Source: an uncultured delta proteobacterium
GTDB taxonomy: Bacteria; Myxococcota; Myxococcia; Myxococcales; Myxococcaceae
Direction of reading: 5' to 3'
Assembly: GCA_963796055.1 (NCBI GenBank)
Contig: CAWCKH010000004.1
Coordinates: 256,001 to 320,000 of the forward strand
Length of the DNA stretch: 64,000 bases
How positions within the stretch are numbered: the stretch's first letter is position 1; each line of letters opens with the position of its first letter. The position numbers and the translations under genes were made by a program. Shown piece by piece: positions 60,170-64,000 of this stretch. The notes beneath the pieces were generated by a model. It searched no databases and was not told where the DNA came from. It was given only the letters and a program-made list of their open reading frames with translations.

Positions 60170-60337
60170 CTACCGCTTCGAGCGACGGCCCCCCTTGCGA
60201 CTGGCCCTCTTGCCCGCATTGGTGATCTTCGCCGCGCGCGCCTTGGACAGCCCCTTGCGCCGCAGGGCCCGGTACTGCCTCGGATTCTTGGTGGCCTTGC
60301 CGCCCTTCCGGGCACTGCTCTCCTTCCGACCTGGCAT
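60170..60337 (-). CDS. Small basic protein
   Basis: SD GAGGAGG; MPGRKESSARKGGKATKNPRQYRALRRKGLSKARAAKITNAG. Confidence 0.7.
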   Translation of the reverse strand: MPGRKESSARKGGKATKNPRQYRALRRKGLSKARAAKITNAGKRASRKGGRRSKR

Positions 60338-60395
60338 ACGGTGAACCTCCTCACGCAAATCTTGGGAGGCCCTGGAATTCTGCAACCCCGTCGGT

Positions 60396-61460
60396 TCAGT
60401 CCCGGGTCTGCAGCAGCGGCAGGCCGATGCGGACCCGGAAGCCGGTCCCCACCCAGGGCTCCACCCGGAGCGTCCCGCCCGCCCGGTGGACAAGGGCCTC
60501 GCAGGTGGCGAGGTCCCCCTGGGGGGTCGGACAGCGGTCGGTCCGGGTGATGACCAGCTCGAGACGGCGGTCATCCGTGGTCATCGAGAGGAGGAGATCG
60601 CCGACGCGCGCGTACGACAGCCCCGGGCCGCGGGCCGTCTCCAGCAGGACCCGGACCAGCGCATGACGCAACCTGGGCTCGTCGGCGTGGACCAGCGCCG
60701 AGATCATCGGCTCCATCCGGACGCCACACGACCGCTTCACCTGCGAACCGGCCAGCCGGAGCGCGCTCTGCAGGCACGCGCCCGGATCCACCGGGCCCGG
60801 CAACGAGGCAACCGGTCGGAGGAACTCCCGTAGCTCCTGGACAGGCAAGTGAGCGGTGCGCGCCAGGAGCATGGCGATTGCCAGCACCCGCCCGCACTCC
60901 TGGAGCTCCAGCTCGGGGTCGCTGTCGGCGAGCGCTCCCACCTCGTCGGCCACGACTCCCATCAACCCGAGGAGCTGCTGCAGAGGAGCCTCGATCTCCT
61001 CGGCCAGCGCGGCGGCCAGAGCGCCGGCGAGACGCTCCCGCTCCACCATATCATCGAGCGGCGCCGTTGCCGCGCCGGTCCACTCGTGGCTGATGTAGCC
61101 GAAGTGCTGGGTCGGATCGTCGCCGATGGGAAACGGGAGCAGCCGGGTGGTGAACGACCGCAGCCCGTACGTGGTCGAGAGCTGCCACCGCACGTCCAGC
61201 GGCTTCCCCAGCTGGTGCGCCGCCTCGAGCGACATCAGCCAGGCCTGCACGAGCGCAGGGGGAATCCCCAGGTCCAGCGCCGAACGCCCGGCGACCTCGG
61301 ATGGGTCTCGTCCCACCTGCGCTGCGCTGGCCGCGTTCGCCTTGAGGAAGCGCGCGTCCTCTCCATTCCGGGAGAGCACCCCCATCGGGAGCGGGCCATG
61401 GCTGAAGAAGTCCTCCCAGGGAACCTGGTGGATGACTGCGTTCGACGGTGACTCGGGCAT
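60396..61460 (-). CDS. PAS domain + degenerate histidine-kinase-like module
   Basis: PAS 'ANAASA...EVAGRSALDL'; H-box position 'LAEEIEAPL'; C-terminus 'GGTLRVE..GTGFRVRIGLP'. Confidence 0.7.
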   Translation of the reverse strand: MPESPSNAVIHQVPWEDFFSHGPLPMGVLSRNGEDARFLKANAASAAQVGRDPSEVAGRSALDLGIPPALVQAWLMSLEAAHQLGKPLDVRWQLSTTYGLRSFTTRLLPFPIGDDPTQHFGYISHEWTGAATAPLDDMVERERLAGALAAALAEEIEAPLQQLLGLMGVVADEVGALADSDPELELQECGRVLAIAMLLARTAHLPVQELREFLRPVASLPGPVDPGACLQSALRLAGSQVKRSCGVRMEPMISALVHADEPRLRHALVRVLLETARGPGLSYARVGDLLLSMTTDDRRLELVITRTDRCPTPQGDLATCEALVHRAGGTLRVEPWVGTGFRVRIGLPLLQTRD

Positions 61461-61645
61461 CTGCGGTGTGGGCCTCGGACGAAACGCGGCTGAGTACCCG
61501 CTCCCCGCCGTGAAGGCGAGGGGCACATAGAAGGCTCGCTTATCGGTTGGACCAGCGAGTTCCCGCTCGAGGGAACGAGGTCACACGAAAGTTGCGTGCG
61601 TGACCCCGGCCGCTCTGCCCTCGAGCGGCCGGGGCGCGCACGCTC

Positions 61646-62893
61646 TCAGAGCGAGTTCACGAACGCGAAGAGCGCCGTCTGCTGCTCGCCCGAGAGCCTG
61701 GCAAAGCGGTCTCGTGCCTTCCTGGCCTGACCATCGTGCGCCAGGATCGCCTCGGCGAGCGTCTTGGCCCGCCCGTCGTGCAGGTAGAGCGTCACCGCCG
61801 AGATGCCCCACAGCGGAGCGGTCCGGAACTCTCTGCCCCGCGCGTCTCCGATCTCGATCCCGTCGCCGAGCGACCCCATGTCGTGGAGCAGGAAGTCCGA
61901 GTACGGATGGAAGGTGACGTGGTTCAGCGCCGCCACCGCCGAATCTCCGGTCCGGAAGGTGTCCCAGTGGCAGTGAGAACACCCGAGGCTGGAGAAGACG
62001 CGCTTGCCGCCCCACGCCTCGGCCGTCAGCAGCTTTCGAGGAAACGGCGCGAGGAGGGACATGAAGTCCGCGAACTCCACCACCCCGGACCCGTCGTCGT
62101 TCAGCGTGGGCAGGGGGTTGCAGTCCAGGAGGGCGCAGTCGCCTCCCGGGCAGAGCTCGTCGGGGAACTCGGGGTTGGTGATGCCCATCTCGTTCAGGTA
62201 CGCGTCACCGGAGAACTGGTGCAGGGTGGTCTCCTGGTTCTTCCAGCCGAAGCGCCCGACCGCGGGCCGGTTTCTCTTGATGTCGTGCACCACCGCCACC
62301 CGTCCCGCCTCGTCGGGGAAGAGCGCGGCCTCGATGCGCGCCACGTAGTGGAAGGTGCTCTCCGCAACTGCGTCCACCAGGCCCAGCCCGAAGAGCGGCG
62401 TGGTCCGGCGCTGCGAGACCAGCGTCGCATCCGCCGGCACGGTCTCTGCCACGTAGTCACAGGCTCCGGTGGCGCCGATGCCCTTGGCCTGGATCAGCGA
62501 GCCGCCGGCGTGCGCAAGAGGGTCGAAGCGACCGTTCACCATCGTGCCGAAGCGCGTCTCCAGCAGCGCGCTGCCTCCGCCCACCGTCGGGACGCTGTGA
62601 CACCGGGCACACGAGGTGTCGTTGAACACCGGCCCGAGACCTTCCTCGGGCGTCTCGTCGGCCTCGAACTCCTCCTTCCCATCGGCGAACCGCTCGCGTT
62701 CGCCCTGCGTGAGACCAGAAAGCGCCTCTCCGGCTGCCGGTTGCAATCGCACGTGCAGCGCGGTTCCCTCCGGGTCCAGGTCCTGATCCGCCTCCGGTTC
62801 CGCCGGGGGTGAGCCGACGTTCCCGGGCCCGCACCCCGCCCCGGAGAGCAGGAGGACGAGCCCGACGGTCCTGGATGTCTGTACGAGTTTCAT
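61646..62893 (-). CDS. Di-heme oxidoreductase (DHOR/DUF1111-like) lipoprotein
   Basis: CARCH and CSHCH; 'LFGLGL', 'GRFGWK', 'LLHDMG', 'LHDGRA'. Confidence 0.9.
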   Translation of the reverse strand: MKLVQTSRTVGLVLLLSGAGCGPGNVGSPPAEPEADQDLDPEGTALHVRLQPAAGEALSGLTQGERERFADGKEEFEADETPEEGLGPVFNDTSCARCHSVPTVGGGSALLETRFGTMVNGRFDPLAHAGGSLIQAKGIGATGACDYVAETVPADATLVSQRRTTPLFGLGLVDAVAESTFHYVARIEAALFPDEAGRVAVVHDIKRNRPAVGRFGWKNQETTLHQFSGDAYLNEMGITNPEFPDELCPGGDCALLDCNPLPTLNDDGSGVVEFADFMSLLAPFPRKLLTAEAWGGKRVFSSLGCSHCHWDTFRTGDSAVAALNHVTFHPYSDFLLHDMGSLGDGIEIGDARGREFRTAPLWGISAVTLYLHDGRAKTLAEAILAHDGQARKARDRFARLSGEQQTALFAFVNSL

Positions 62894-63583
62894 GGGCCAC
62901 CTCTGTCCGATCCCCCCCATGCGAGCCGGTCCATCCGGCTCTCGGGCCCGTGTGAACCTCGTCGCTGTGCCCCCTCAAGGTTCGGTGTGGGAGAGGTCTC
63001 CGCCCCGCATGCGGAGAGCTTCCCTCACGCAGAGCGCGATGCGGGATCGACCCCTCGACCGGATCGCGTGCGTGGCGAAATTTCGCGCGAGACAATCGTT
63101 CTCCTTTGTTCCTCGGGGGGCGGACCCCACGATCGCCTCGGTTACTCGCTCGGCCGTCGCACGGCCGTCGGTACGGCGTTGCACTCTTTGCGGAGCGACC
63201 GGACGCAGACCCGCGCGCTCCTCGAGCGCGACATCGGGCCGAGTCGGACCTCGCAGATCACCCTGTTCCCGCCGACCGGGTCGACCTGCGCCCTGCCGCC
63301 CTGCCGCCCTGCCGCCCTTGGCCTGCGCCCACCCGAGCCGGAAGGCAGTAACGAATTTGTCGCCTTGTACTCAAGCTCAGACAATTTTGTCGTACGCGCC
63401 TTTGAGTCCCCGAACCTCAGGAGGCGCCGACCTTTTGGTCAGGTGCGGCCCCCCTCTCCGAGGATCTCGGGCCAGCGAGCGGTCCAGACAAAAACGTCGC
63501 GATGCTAATCAGTCGCTACAATTCTGTAGTGTGGCGTCCGGAGCACCACCCACCGCTCCGAGGAGAATGCGACGCGTCACGTG

Positions 63584-63599
63584 TGGCATCTCGCTTGCT
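63584..63599 (+). promoter_or_regulatory. Sigma54 -24/-12 promoter for nirB
   Basis: TGGCATCTCGCTTGCT, with GG at 63585 and GC at 63597. Confidence 0.8.
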
Positions 63600-63614
63600 G
63601 GAGTGCGTTGGCCC

Positions 63615-64000
63615 ATGACGAGGAAGGACGTGGTCGTCGTCGGCAACGGGATGGTGGGTCACCGCTTCATCGAGCTGCTGCTCGAGAGCGACCGCCGCGA
63701 CGACTGGGCCGTCACCACCTTCTGCGAGGAGCCGCGGCTCGCCTACGACCGGGTCAACCTCACCTCCTTCTTCGCCGGGAAGACCGCCGGCGACCTCTGC
63801 CTGGTGCCGCCCCACCGCTACGAGGATGCCGGGGTCACCGTGCACCTCGGCGACCGGGTCGCGGCCATCGATCGTCAGCGCAAGCGGGTACTGTCCGCAG
63901 AAGGAAGACGCATCCCGTACGACGTGCTGGTCCTGGCGACCGGCTCGGCGCCCTTCGTACCTTCCATCCCCGGCCGTGAGGCGTGGGGTTGCTTCGTCTA
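63615..64000 (+). CDS. nirB: NADH-dependent nitrite reductase large subunit (partial; runs off the right edge)
   Basis: Not in the ORF track. MTRKDVVVVGNGMVGHRFIE...FCEEPRLAYDRVNLTSFF...YDVLVLATGSAPFVPSIPG...CFV. Confidence 0.92.
   Translation, partial: MTRKDVVVVGNGMVGHRFIELLLESDRRDDWAVTTFCEEPRLAYDRVNLTSFFAGKTAGDLCLVPPHRYEDAGVTVHLGDRVAAIDRQRKRVLSAEGRRIPYDVLVLATGSAPFVPSIPGREAWGCFV

Overview
GC-rich bacterial DNA, probably Myxococcota-like (inferred from gene content only). About 1-33.3 kb is an accessory zone around a tRNA-Asn(GTT) gene. It holds an AbiEi-type antitoxin, a TM0106/RecB-like nuclease, a large PIN-like protein, several intact and broken toxin-antitoxin modules, small detox-type cargo genes and a ~2600-aa secreted RCC1/Ig-like/HExxH protein with downstream partners. 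The most unusual feature is that many spacers between cargo genes are slightly diverged, colinear shards of other genes in the same locus: a DUF3857/transglutaminase gene and a RelE-like/HTH TA operon. Cargo sits inside those copies with no visible transposase, integrase or att site. About 33.3-64 kb is mostly intact: senA-senB selenoneine genes plus a YkgJ gene, an FAD oxidase, a DUF899/DUF2182 module, Hsp20-Lon, DUF885, YciI-ECF42, a GAF histidine kinase, a truncated Pnkp, an ECF/anti-sigma/Spy-like trio, IorAB, RDD, a His-less pseudo-kinase, a di-heme protein and the start of sigma54-preceded nirB. All family calls come from motif recognition by eye; no searches were run.
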